From Burkholderiales bacterium (GTDB taxonomy: Bacteria > Pseudomonadota > Gammaproteobacteria > Burkholderiales > SG8-39), in assembly GCA_041558415.1 (NCBI GenBank), contig JBFFEY010000009.1, positions 2,648 through 66,647 of the forward strand: a stretch of 64,000 nt of DNA, in the 5' to 3' direction. A program made the translations under genes and the position numbers. Under the pieces are notes generated by a model. That model was given only the letters and a program-made list of their open reading frames with translations. It did no database searches and had not been told where the DNA came from. Shown piece by piece: positions 55,652 to 64,000 of this stretch. Positions within the stretch are counted from its first letter, which is position 1. Each line of letters opens with the position of its first letter.

Positions 55652-56602
55652 ATGATACGAATCGAAAATCTCGTGAAGACCTTCGGTGCAAAACGCGCCG
55701 TCGACGGCGTGTCTTTCGCCGTCGAACGCGGCGAGGTGCTCGGCTTTCTCGGCCCGAACGGCGCCGGCAAGTCGACCACCATGCGCATGGTCACCGGCTT
55801 CATTCCGCCGACCGAAGGCAGCGTACGGGTGGGCGGTCACGACGTCGTCGAAGCGCCGCTCGCAGCGAAGCGGCTGATCGGCTACCTGCCGGAAGCGGCG
55901 CCTTCCTACCCCGACATGACGGTGGAGGGTTTCCTGTCGTTCGCCGCAGACATGCGCGGCCTCGCCGGCGACGCAAAAAAGCGCGCCATCGGCAAGGTGG
56001 TCGAGCGCTGCTTCCTCGCATCGGTCGTTCATCAGTCGATCGATACCCTGTCGAAGGGCTACCGCCACCGCACCTGTCTCGCGCAGGCGCTGATCCACGA
56101 TCCCGAAGTGCTCATCCTTGACGAGCCCACCGACGGCCTCGACCCCAACCAGAAGCACGAAGTACGCAACCTGATCCGCGAGCTCGGCGCAGCGAAGGCG
56201 ATCGTGTTCTCGACGCACATCCTCGAGGAAGTGGATGCCGCCTGTACGCGCGCCATCATCATCGATCGCGGCAAGATCGTCGCCAATGGCACGCCTGCCG
56301 AGCTGCGCGCACTGTCGGCATTCGCCGGCGCCGTCACGCTGCACGCGAGCGGCACGCAGCCCGAGGCGATGGCCGCCAAGCTCGCCGCGCTGGAGGGCGT
56401 CGCGCGCGTCGAGGCGGTGGACGGCATGCTGCGCGCCTACCCGCAGGAAAAGTCCGCCGGCGGCGCACTGGTGCGCGCGGTCGTCGAGCTCGCCGAGCGC
56501 GAAGGCTGGCGACTCGACCAGCTGCGTACCGAGGAAGGCCAGCTCGACGAGGTCTTCCGGCGCATCACGCTGCCGGACACGGTCAAGGAGCACCGCCCAT
56601 GA
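55652..56602 (+). CDS. ABC transporter ATP-binding protein (GldA-type)
   Basis: 316 aa from ATG 55652: GFLGPNGAGKSTT, LSKGYRHR, LILDEPTDGLD. Confidence 0.9.
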   Translation: MIRIENLVKTFGAKRAVDGVSFAVERGEVLGFLGPNGAGKSTTMRMVTGFIPPTEGSVRVGGHDVVEAPLAAKRLIGYLPEAAPSYPDMTVEGFLSFAADMRGLAGDAKKRAIGKVVERCFLASVVHQSIDTLSKGYRHRTCLAQALIHDPEVLILDEPTDGLDPNQKHEVRNLIRELGAAKAIVFSTHILEEVDAACTRAIIIDRGKIVANGTPAELRALSAFAGAVTLHASGTQPEAMAAKLAALEGVARVEAVDGMLRAYPQEKSAGGALVRAVVELAEREGWRLDQLRTEEGQLDEVFRRITLPDTVKEHRP

Positions 56603-57342
56603 GCGCCTGGCCGTTGATCTCGACCATCGCCCGGCGCGAGCTGGCGAGCTACTTCGCCTCGCCGGTGGCCTACGTCTTTCTCGTCATCTTCCTGCTGCTG
56701 ACCGGCTTCTTCACGTTCACCGCCGGCGCATTCTTCGAGCGCGGCGAGGCAAGCCTGGCCTCGTTCTTCATGTGGCATCCCTGGCTGTACCTGGTGCTGG
56801 TGCCGGCCGTCGGCATGCGCCTGTGGTCCGAGGAGCGGCGCGCAGGCACGCTGGAGCTGCTGTTCACGCTACCGATCGCGCCGTGGCAGGCGATCCTCGG
56901 CAAGTTCCTCGCCTCCTGGCTGTTTCTCGCCATCGCGCTCGGCCTCACGTTCCCGGTCGTCCTCACGGTGAACGTACTCGGCGAGCCCGACAACGGCCAG
57001 ATCTTCGCCGGCTACTTCGGCAGCCTGCTGATGGCGGGCGCCTACCTGGCGGTCACCTGCATGACCTCGGCGATGACACGCAATCAGGTGGTGGCGTTCA
57101 TCGTTTCGGTGGTGATCCTGCTGTTCCTCATTCTCGCCGGATTCACGCCGGTGACCGACCTGCTGGTGCGCTGGGCGAGCCCGGCTTTCGTCGACACGGT
57201 CGCGGCCTTTTCCGTGATGACGCACTTCGACGCCTTTCAGCGCGGCCTCATCGACTCGCGCGACCTGCTGTTTTTCCTTTCGGTCATCGGCTTCGCGCTG
57301 TTCGCGACCAGCGTGATCCTGCGCAACCACCGGGCGGGCTGA
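56599..57342 (+). CDS. ABC-2 type permease (GldF-type)
   Basis: 247 aa, six predicted TM helices, ERRAGTLELLFTLP. ATGA overlap with the ATPase gene. Confidence 0.85.
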   Translation: MSAWPLISTIARRELASYFASPVAYVFLVIFLLLTGFFTFTAGAFFERGEASLASFFMWHPWLYLVLVPAVGMRLWSEERRAGTLELLFTLPIAPWQAILGKFLASWLFLAIALGLTFPVVLTVNVLGEPDNGQIFAGYFGSLLMAGAYLAVTCMTSAMTRNQVVAFIVSVVILLFLILAGFTPVTDLLVRWASPAFVDTVAAFSVMTHFDAFQRGLIDSRDLLFFLSVIGFALFATSVILRNHRAG

Positions 57343-57346
57343 CGCC

Positions 57347-59224
57347 ATGACGAACCGCAACACTGTACTGTTTTCCGCCGTCGGCCTGATCGTCCTGCTG
57401 CTGGCGCTGATCGCGTTCAACTACCTCGCCTCGACGGTGGCGCTGCGCGCCGACCTCACCGCAGGCAAGCTCTACACGCTTTCCGAGGGCACACGCCGCA
57501 TCCTCGGGCGCCTCGACACGCCGGTGAAGCTGAGGCTCTACGTTTCGCAGGGCGAGGCGATGCCGGTGCCGATGCGCAGCTTTTCCAAGCGCGTCGAGGA
57601 CATGGTCGACGAGTTCCGCAGCGCGGCCGAGGGCAAGCTGATCGTCGAGCGCTACAACCCGAAACCGGATTCCGACGAGGAAGACGCCGCGCAGCTCGAC
57701 GGCGTCGAGCCGCAGCAGCTCGCCAGCGGCGACGTCTTCTACCTCGGCATTGCCGTGACGCAGATCGATCGCAAGCAGGCGATCCCGAGCGTCAGCCCGC
57801 GCCGCGAGCGGCTGCTCGAATACGATCTGGCGCGCGCCATCGCGCGCGTCGGCAGCGCCTCGCGGCCGAAAGTCGGTGTCATGGCCGGGCCGCCGGTGCT
57901 TGGCGCGAGCTTCAACCCGATGACGCGCCAGCCTGCGGAGCCCTGGGTGCTGGCCGCCGAACTCAAGCGCGACTTCGACGTCGCGCAGATCCCGCTCGGC
58001 GTCGCCGAGATCCCGAAGGACATCGACGTATTGCTGCTGATTCACCCGCGCAACATCCAGCCCCAGGCCGAGTACGCCCTCGACCAGTTCATCCTGCGCG
58101 GCGGTAAGCTGATCGCCTTCGTCGACCCCTATGCCTATTTCGATGCGCAGCCCGGCATCCCCGGCATGCCGCCGATCGGCACCAGCTCGAGCCTGCCGAC
58201 GCTGTTCAAGGCCTGGGGTGTCACGCTGCCGGACAACAAGCTGGTCGCCGACATGGAATACCGCTCCGGTGCGGGCCAGCGCGAGACGCCGACCGTGCTG
58301 ACCCTCAACCGCACCGCGTTCAACCGCGACGACGTCGTCACCAGCCAGATCGAATCGGTGCTCTATCCCTGGGGCGGCGCCTTCGAGGTCAAGCCAGCGG
58401 AGGGCCTCAAGGTCCAGCCCCTGATCCGGAGCTCGGGCAATTCAATGCTGGTCGACAGCGCCAAAGCGACGACGTCCGGCGACGAGGCCTTCAAGGGCTT
58501 CCTGCCCGACGGCCAGGCAAAGCTGCTCGCCCTCCGCTTGAGCGGCGTGTTCAAGAGCGCCTTTGCCGACGGCCCGCCGCCGGCACCGGAGGCCAAGGAC
58601 AAGAAGCCGGCGCCGGCCGTCGTGGGGCCGCACCGCGCGAAAGCCGACAAGGAGAACGCGGTGCTGCTCGTGGCCGACATGGACCTGCTCGCCGACCCGG
58701 CCGCGGTGGACGTACAGGAGCTCTTTGGCCAGAAGATCATCGTGCCGTCGAACGGCAATCTCGCCCTCGCGCTCGGCATGGTCGAGCAGTTCGCCTCGGG
58801 CGACGAGCTGATCTCGCTGCGCAGCCGTGCCGCGGCGTTCCGCCCGCTCACCGTGGTGCGCGCGCTGGAGGCGGAAGCCGCCAAGCAGTACTTCGGCAAG
58901 ATCAGCGCGCTCGAGCAGGATCTGCAGAAGACCAGCGAGAAGCTGCAGGCACTGCAGGGCGCGAAGGGCTCCGGCTCCGGCCAGATCCTCACCGCGGAGC
59001 AGCAGACGGAACTGGAGCGCTTCCGCAAGAGCGTCGCGCAGACGCGCAAGGAGCTGAAGGCGGTGCGCAAGAACCTGCGCAAGGACTCCGAGGCGCTCGC
59101 CTTCTGGACCAAGGTGTTGAACATCGCCGTGCCGCCGCTCGCGCTCGCCTGCATCGGGCTCGGCGTCGCACTGCTGCGCCGGCGCCGCGCGCAGCGCAGC
59201 CTCGCCGCCGGAGGCGCGCAATGA
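57347..59224 (+). CDS. GldG-type ABC transporter auxiliary protein
   Basis: 625 aa, N- and C-terminal TM anchors, LYTLSEGT..LRLYVS..FVDPYA pattern typical of the GldG family. Confidence 0.8.
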   Translation: MTNRNTVLFSAVGLIVLLLALIAFNYLASTVALRADLTAGKLYTLSEGTRRILGRLDTPVKLRLYVSQGEAMPVPMRSFSKRVEDMVDEFRSAAEGKLIVERYNPKPDSDEEDAAQLDGVEPQQLASGDVFYLGIAVTQIDRKQAIPSVSPRRERLLEYDLARAIARVGSASRPKVGVMAGPPVLGASFNPMTRQPAEPWVLAAELKRDFDVAQIPLGVAEIPKDIDVLLLIHPRNIQPQAEYALDQFILRGGKLIAFVDPYAYFDAQPGIPGMPPIGTSSSLPTLFKAWGVTLPDNKLVADMEYRSGAGQRETPTVLTLNRTAFNRDDVVTSQIESVLYPWGGAFEVKPAEGLKVQPLIRSSGNSMLVDSAKATTSGDEAFKGFLPDGQAKLLALRLSGVFKSAFADGPPPAPEAKDKKPAPAVVGPHRAKADKENAVLLVADMDLLADPAAVDVQELFGQKIIVPSNGNLALALGMVEQFASGDELISLRSRAAAFRPLTVVRALEAEAAKQYFGKISALEQDLQKTSEKLQALQGAKGSGSGQILTAEQQTELERFRKSVAQTRKELKAVRKNLRKDSEALAFWTKVLNIAVPPLALACIGLGVALLRRRRAQRSLAAGGAQ

Positions 59225-60348
59225 GCGGCCGCGGGCTCGCGATCCTGATCGTTTTGCTGCTGCTGCTGGGCGGTGGCGCGCTGCTGATGGTCCAGCAGCA
59301 GCGCGGCCAGGAAGCCGCGAACGTCGCGGCGCTCGGCCAGCCGGTGCTGAAGGATCTCAAGGCCGCCGAGGTCGCCGCGATCCGCATCGAGGCGCCCGAG
59401 GCAAGCCTGTCGATTTCGCGCAGCGGCGATCGCTGGACGATCGCGGAGCGCAAGAATTTTCCCGCCGACCTCGAAAAAGTGCGCAGTTTCGTGCTGAAGG
59501 CGATCGAGCTGAAGGTCGGGCAGAGCGAGCCGATCGGTGCCGCCGACCGCAGGCGCCTGGCGCTACAGGAGAGCGGCGAAGGCGCGGGCACGCAGCTGAC
59601 CTTTGCGTCGGCCGACGGCAAGCCGCTCGCGCGCCTGATCGTCGGCAAGAAGTACTTCAAGCAGCAGCCGGACGATGCCGAGCAGGCGCCGGCCGACGGC
59701 CGCTTCGTGCTGCGTCCCGAGGACCCGAAGACGGTAATCATCGTTTCCGACCCGCTCGAGCCGGCGTCGCCGCAAAGCGCGCGCTGGGTGGAGCGCAGCG
59801 GCCTTGCCGCAGAGGGCGTCAAGACACTGCAGGCGCAGCTCGCCGACGGCGAGCGCTGGAAGATTCAGCGCACCGACGAGGACGCCGAATGGTCGCTCGA
59901 CGGCGAGATCCCCGCCGGCCAGCAGCTCGCGGTAACCAAGGCGAACGCCGCGTCGTACTCGATGAGCCTGCTGGAAATCGCCGACGTCGCGCCGCCGGAC
60001 ATCACGCCGGCCGAGACCGGGCTCGACAAGCCGAGCATCGTCACCGCATCGACCTTCGACGGCCTGACCTACGCGCTGAAGATCGGCAAGGAGGTCGATG
60101 GCAAGCGCTACCTCGCGATCACGATCGAAGGCGAGCCGGCGAAGACGCGCTCGCCGAAGACCGGCGAAAGCGAGGCCGACAAGGCGAAGCACGACAAGGC
60201 ATTCACCGAGCGGCTGGCCAAGCTCGAGCAACGCCTGGCGCGCGAAAAAGCACTCGCCGCGCAGGTGCTGCTGATCGACAAGATCAAGCTCGAGGACGTG
60301 CTGCAGAAGCGCGCGATCTTCCTCGAGAAGAAGGAAGACAAAAAGTAA
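59221..60348 (+). CDS. DUF4340-like protein following GldG-type gene
   Basis: 375 aa, N-terminal TM segment, ATGA overlap with the upstream gene. Family call rests on context and general resemblance only. Confidence 0.6.
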   Translation: MSGRGLAILIVLLLLLGGGALLMVQQQRGQEAANVAALGQPVLKDLKAAEVAAIRIEAPEASLSISRSGDRWTIAERKNFPADLEKVRSFVLKAIELKVGQSEPIGAADRRRLALQESGEGAGTQLTFASADGKPLARLIVGKKYFKQQPDDAEQAPADGRFVLRPEDPKTVIIVSDPLEPASPQSARWVERSGLAAEGVKTLQAQLADGERWKIQRTDEDAEWSLDGEIPAGQQLAVTKANAASYSMSLLEIADVAPPDITPAETGLDKPSIVTASTFDGLTYALKIGKEVDGKRYLAITIEGEPAKTRSPKTGESEADKAKHDKAFTERLAKLEQRLAREKALAAQVLLIDKIKLEDVLQKRAIFLEKKEDKK

Positions 60349-60381
60349 GCGTGACAAAGTCAACACCCGGCTCTCCCGGGG

Positions 60382-60395
60382 TTGACGTACGTCAA
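60382..60395. promoter_or_regulatory. Perfect 14-bp palindrome fitting CRP/FNR/FixK-type box (TTGA-N6-TCAA)
   Basis: TTGACGTACGTCAA, centred about 75 nt upstream of the radical SAM gene ATG (60464). Confidence 0.35.
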
Positions 60396-60463
60396 AAGCG
60401 ATCATGAATTAACACGGCGTTCGGCGATGGACGTCGCACAATGGCGGCCATCGGAGGTTCCGC

Positions 60464-61420
60464 ATGGCACAGATCACCGACCGCATCGACAACGTCACCC
60501 GCATCCCGGCGGACTTTCTCAAGGCCCGTCTGCAGGCGCCGAAGAGCGTCAAGATCGAAATCTCGCCGCGCTGCAACTACCGCTGCGGATTCTGCGCGCT
60601 GCGTTCGCGCGAAGTGCAGCCCAAGTGGGACATGGATTTCGCGCTGTTCAAGCGCATCACGCGCGAGATGCGCGAGGCCGGCGTCGAGGAAATCGGCGTG
60701 TTCTACCTCGGCGAGTCGTTCATGAATCCGCGCCTGCTGGTCGACTGCATTGCGTATCTCAAGCGCGAGATCGCGATGCCCTACGTGTTTCTCACCTCGA
60801 ACGCGTCGATGGCCTTTCCGGAAGCGGTGGAAGCCTGCATGCAGGCGGGGCTCGACTCGCTCAAGTGGTCGGTGAACGCCTGTGACGAGGCGCAGTTCGA
60901 GGACGTCATGGGGGTCTCGGGAAAGCTGTTCCACCGCGCCCTCGACAACATCGCCGCCGCCTGGGACACGCGCCAGCGCGGTGGCTACGCCACGGGGCTG
61001 TATGCGTCGTCGATCCGCTACGACGGCGCGCAGCAGCAGCGCATGGAGCAGCTGCTAAACGCGCGCGTGCGGCCCTACGTCGACCAGCACTACTGGCTGC
61101 CGCTCTACTCGATGGGGGCCTTCGCCACGCAGCGCGAAGAGGAGCTCGGCTACCGTCCCACCGCCGGCAACCAGGGGCGGCTCGGTGCGCTGCGCGAACC
61201 GCTGCCCTGCTGGTCGGCCTTCACCGAGGGCCACGTCACCGCCGAGGGCAAGCTGTCGGCCTGCTGCTTCGACGCGACCGCGAACTGGACCATGGGCGAT
61301 CTCACCCAGACCCCGTTCATGGATGCCTGGAACTCGGCCGCCTTCGTCGCGCTGCGCGAAGCGCACCTGAAAAAGGACGTGCGCGGCACGGTCTGCGAGT
61401 CCTGCATCGCCTACGGTTGA
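60464..61420 (+). CDS. Radical SAM protein with Cys-rich SPASM/twitch-like C-terminus
   Basis: 318 aa, CNYRCGFC (CxxxCxxC), C-terminal CWSAF..ACCFD..CESC. Confidence 0.85.
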   Translation: MAQITDRIDNVTRIPADFLKARLQAPKSVKIEISPRCNYRCGFCALRSREVQPKWDMDFALFKRITREMREAGVEEIGVFYLGESFMNPRLLVDCIAYLKREIAMPYVFLTSNASMAFPEAVEACMQAGLDSLKWSVNACDEAQFEDVMGVSGKLFHRALDNIAAAWDTRQRGGYATGLYASSIRYDGAQQQRMEQLLNARVRPYVDQHYWLPLYSMGAFATQREEELGYRPTAGNQGRLGALREPLPCWSAFTEGHVTAEGKLSACCFDATANWTMGDLTQTPFMDAWNSAAFVALREAHLKKDVRGTVCESCIAYG

Positions 61421-61544
61421 TCGGCCGGCGCACGGATCGCGCCGCGCTCTTCCCCCGCCCTGCGGGATGCTGCTATAACTGCCTGCAGGCCCCGCCAGCG
61501 GGCCGTCCGGGATTACCCACCTGTCGACCAAGGAGGAGGAGGCC

Positions 61545-63608
61545 GTGGGCAGCCATTCCATCCAACACATCAGGACCATTGCGCTCGTCGGCCAGTCGGG
61601 CTCCGGCAAGACCACGCTGACCGAGGCGCTGCTGGCACAGGCGGGCGCGATTCCCGCGGCCGGCAGCGTCGAGCGCGGATCGACCGTCTGCGATTACACG
61701 CCGCTGGAAAAGGAGCTGCAGCACTCGCTCAAGCTGGCGGTCGCCAGCTTCGACGTGAAGGACGCCGAGGGCGAGACGCGCGTGCATCTGCTCGACACGC
61801 CGGGCTACGTCGATTTCGTCGGTCATTCGATGCCGGCGCTCGCCGCCGTGGAAACGGCGGCCGTCGTGATCAACGCGCAGAACGGCGTCGAGATGATGTC
61901 GAACCGCTTCATGCAATGGGCCGAGCATCGCGGGCTGGATCGCATCATCGTCGTCAACAAGATCGACGCCGAAAACGTTGACCTGCCCGCCCTGCTCGAG
62001 TCGATTCAGGCGCACTTTGGCAAGGAATGCCTGCCGCTCAACCTGCCGGCGGGCGGCGCGAGCCGCGTGTCAGACTGCTTCTTCGCGCCATCGGGCGAGT
62101 CGGATTTTTCCTCGGTGGAGGACGCGCACCGCCAGCTCGTCGACCAGGTGGTTGAGGTGGACGAAGCGCTGATGGCCGAATACCTGGAAAAGGGCGAGGT
62201 CGCCCCGGAGGCCCTGCACGAGCCGCTCGAGCGCGCGCTGCGCGAAGGCCACCTCATCCCGGTGGTGTTCACCTCGGCGAAGAGCGGCGCCGGCGTCAAG
62301 GAGCTGCTCGACGTGATCGTGAAGCTCCTGCCCAACCCGACCGAAGGCAATCCGCCGACCTACATCAACACCCCGGCCGATGGCAGCGCGCCGACCGAGC
62401 TCACCACCCAGCCCGATCCGTCGGCGCACGCGCTGGCGCACGTCTTCAAGATCGAGATCGATCCCTACGTCGGACGGCTTGCCGTGTTCCGCGTGCACCA
62501 GGGGCGCATCGCCTCCGGCTCGCAGCTCTATGTCGGCGAAGGCAAGAAGCCGATCAAGGCGGCGCACCTCTACCGCCTGTGCGGCAAGACGCAGACCGAG
62601 GTCGGCGAGGCGCTGCCCGGGGACATCTGCGCGCTGGCCAAGGTCGACGAGATCGCCTTCGACCACGTGCTGCACGACGCGGCGGAGGATGCCCACATTC
62701 ATGCGCGCCCGCTCGAGCTGCCGAGCGCGGTGTTCGGTCTCGCACTGCAGGCAAAGAAGCGCGGCGACGAGCAGAAAATCTCGGACGTGCTGCACCGCCT
62801 CACCGCCGAGGATCCCTGCCTCAGGATCGAGCACAACGTGCAGGCGAACGAAACCGTGATGCGCGGTCTCGGCGAGCTGCACCTGAAGACCGTGCTCGAC
62901 AAGATGGCGGCGCAGTACAAGCTCGAGCTCGACACCAAGCCGCCCTCGATCCCTTACCGCGAGACCATCGTCGGCAAGGCAGAGGGCCACAACCGACACA
63001 AGAAACAGACCGGCGGCGCGGGCCAGTTCGGCGAGGTCTATCTGCGCGTCGAACCGCTCGCGCGCGGCGCGGGCTTCGAGTTCCTCGACCAGACCAAGGG
63101 CGGGGTGATTCCGAACCAGTTCATTCCGGCGGTCGAGAAAGGCGTGCGCGCGGTGCTCGAATCGGGTTTCGTCGCCGGCTACCCGTTGCAGGACATCCGC
63201 GTCATCGTCTACGACGGCAAGCACCACCCGGTGGACTCGAAGGAAGTGGCCTTCGTTTCCGCGGGCCGCAAGGCGTTCATGGACGCGCTCGGCAAGGCGC
63301 GTGCCATCGTGCTCGAGCCGATCGTCAACGTCGACGTCGTGATTCCCGAGTCGAACATGGGCGACATCGCCGGCGACCTCGCCGGGCGTCGCGGCCACAT
63401 CAAAGGACAGGATGCGCCGCGCCCCGGCACCGTCGAGATCACCGCGCAGGCGCCGCTGTCGGAAATGGAGAACTTCCCGTCGCGGCTCAAGGCGCTCACC
63501 GCCGGCCACGGCGCCTACACCCTGGAGTTCAGCCACTACGAGCCGGCGCCCCCGCCGCTTCAGGCCAAGCTGGTCGAGCAGCACAAGCCAGCGCACGTCG
63601 AAGACTGA
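61545..63608 (+). CDS. Elongation factor G paralog (EF-G2-like GTPase)
   Basis: 687 aa, GTG start after AGGAGGAGGA. GQSGSGKTTL, DTPGYVDF, NKID. All five EF-G domains apparent. Confidence 0.9.
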   Translation: MGSHSIQHIRTIALVGQSGSGKTTLTEALLAQAGAIPAAGSVERGSTVCDYTPLEKELQHSLKLAVASFDVKDAEGETRVHLLDTPGYVDFVGHSMPALAAVETAAVVINAQNGVEMMSNRFMQWAEHRGLDRIIVVNKIDAENVDLPALLESIQAHFGKECLPLNLPAGGASRVSDCFFAPSGESDFSSVEDAHRQLVDQVVEVDEALMAEYLEKGEVAPEALHEPLERALREGHLIPVVFTSAKSGAGVKELLDVIVKLLPNPTEGNPPTYINTPADGSAPTELTTQPDPSAHALAHVFKIEIDPYVGRLAVFRVHQGRIASGSQLYVGEGKKPIKAAHLYRLCGKTQTEVGEALPGDICALAKVDEIAFDHVLHDAAEDAHIHARPLELPSAVFGLALQAKKRGDEQKISDVLHRLTAEDPCLRIEHNVQANETVMRGLGELHLKTVLDKMAAQYKLELDTKPPSIPYRETIVGKAEGHNRHKKQTGGAGQFGEVYLRVEPLARGAGFEFLDQTKGGVIPNQFIPAVEKGVRAVLESGFVAGYPLQDIRVIVYDGKHHPVDSKEVAFVSAGRKAFMDALGKARAIVLEPIVNVDVVIPESNMGDIAGDLAGRRGHIKGQDAPRPGTVEITAQAPLSEMENFPSRLKALTAGHGAYTLEFSHYEPAPPPLQAKLVEQHKPAHVED

Positions 63609-63624
63609 GCGCACGGGCGCCGCG

Positions 63625-64000
63625 ATGAGCGTGGCCGAGACCCCCCTGCCCTACCACGTGCGCATCGGCTCTGGTGCGCCGCCCGTCGTGTTCGTGCACG
63701 GCTTTGCCTGCAGCCACAGCGACTGGCACGCGCAGCTGGTGCACTTCGGCGCGACGCGCACCGCCGTGGCCTGCGACCTGCGCGGCCACGGCTCGACCGC
63801 GGGCAAGCCAGCGGAGTGCTCGATCGAGACCTATGGCGCCGACGTTGCCGAGCTGCTGCGCAGCCTCGACCTGCCGCGCGCCGTGCTGGTGGGGCACAGC
63901 ATGGGCTGCCGCGTCGTGCTGCAGGCCATGCTAGACGCGCCCGGCCGCGTCGCCGGCCTGGTGCTGATCGACGGCAGCCGCATGGGCGAAGGCGATGCCG
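63625..64000 (+). CDS. Alpha/beta hydrolase, 5' part (runs off window end)
   Basis: From ATG 63625: PVVFVHGFACSHSDW..LVGHSMGC nucleophile elbow. Confidence 0.75.
   Translation, partial: MSVAETPLPYHVRIGSGAPPVVFVHGFACSHSDWHAQLVHFGATRTAVACDLRGHGSTAGKPAECSIETYGADVAELLRSLDLPRAVLVGHSMGCRVVLQAMLDAPGRVAGLVLIDGSRMGEGDA

Overview
High-GC (roughly 65-70% by eye) chromosomal window from a sulfur-oxidising proteobacterium. Gene content and order suggest a Thiobacillus/Sulfuritalea-like betaproteobacterium, but that is inference only. Because of the GC content, the ORF track is full of long antisense and read-through ORFs. I kept only frames with protein-like composition or recognisable family motifs, and re-derived starts by hand, including GTG/TTG starts and ATGA/GTGA stop-start overlaps.

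Map:
- 1-9.9 kb: housekeeping genes. These are rpoD (partial, found by my own translation), dnaG, yqeY-like, rpsU, tsaD, plsY, folB, ybaK, xerD, an Ldh_2-family dehydrogenase and a dienelactone hydrolase.
- 9.9-21.2 kb: a tightly packed minus-strand string of 15 genes. It interleaves a four-subunit fumarate-reductase/succinate-dehydrogenase-type complex, a split class I fumarase-type hydro-lyase, a secreted chalcone-isomerase-like protein, ComDE-like and ALS-like TPP enzymes, a split UxaA/SuyAB-like dehydratase, a TrpD2-like protein and a Rieske ferredoxin. An HTH-[2Fe-2S]-FNR-like fusion gene is divergent from it.
- 22.7-24.7 kb: a NarL-type response regulator and a soluble Cys-rich GAF histidine kinase.
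- 24.7-37.4 kb: a complete oxidative-type dsr operon on the minus strand, dsrABEFHCMKLJOPN, an extra dsrC-like gene, then dsrR.
- 37.6-40.0 kb: a divergent, translationally coupled trio of a TauD-like dioxygenase, an unknown helical protein and an orphan Cas6/Cmx6-like protein. There is no CRISPR array or other cas gene in the window.
- 40-50.4 kb: an accessory-looking stretch. It holds further DsrC/TusE paralogs, an orphan ParA, a 740-bp non-coding lower-GC patch, two gene remnants, a class III cyclase, a five-gene operon with two 2OG-Fe(II) oxygenases plus an S24-like peptidase, a Sel1 protein and a tandem-TusA/DsrC-like pair.
- 50.4-64 kb: housekeeping again. These are tsaC, purKEC, class I fba, a GldA/F/G-type ABC module plus DUF4340, a radical SAM/SPASM enzyme, an EF-G paralog and a partial alpha/beta hydrolase.

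I found no rRNA, tRNA, transposase, integrase (other than xerD) or CRISPR array.

Top candidates for something undescribed:
1. The TauD/unknown/Cas6-like trio that shares a control region with dsrA.
2. The mosaic frd/fumarase/TPP/SuyAB-like operon.
3. The family of four DsrC-type proteins with different cysteine patterns, together with the double-TusA protein.
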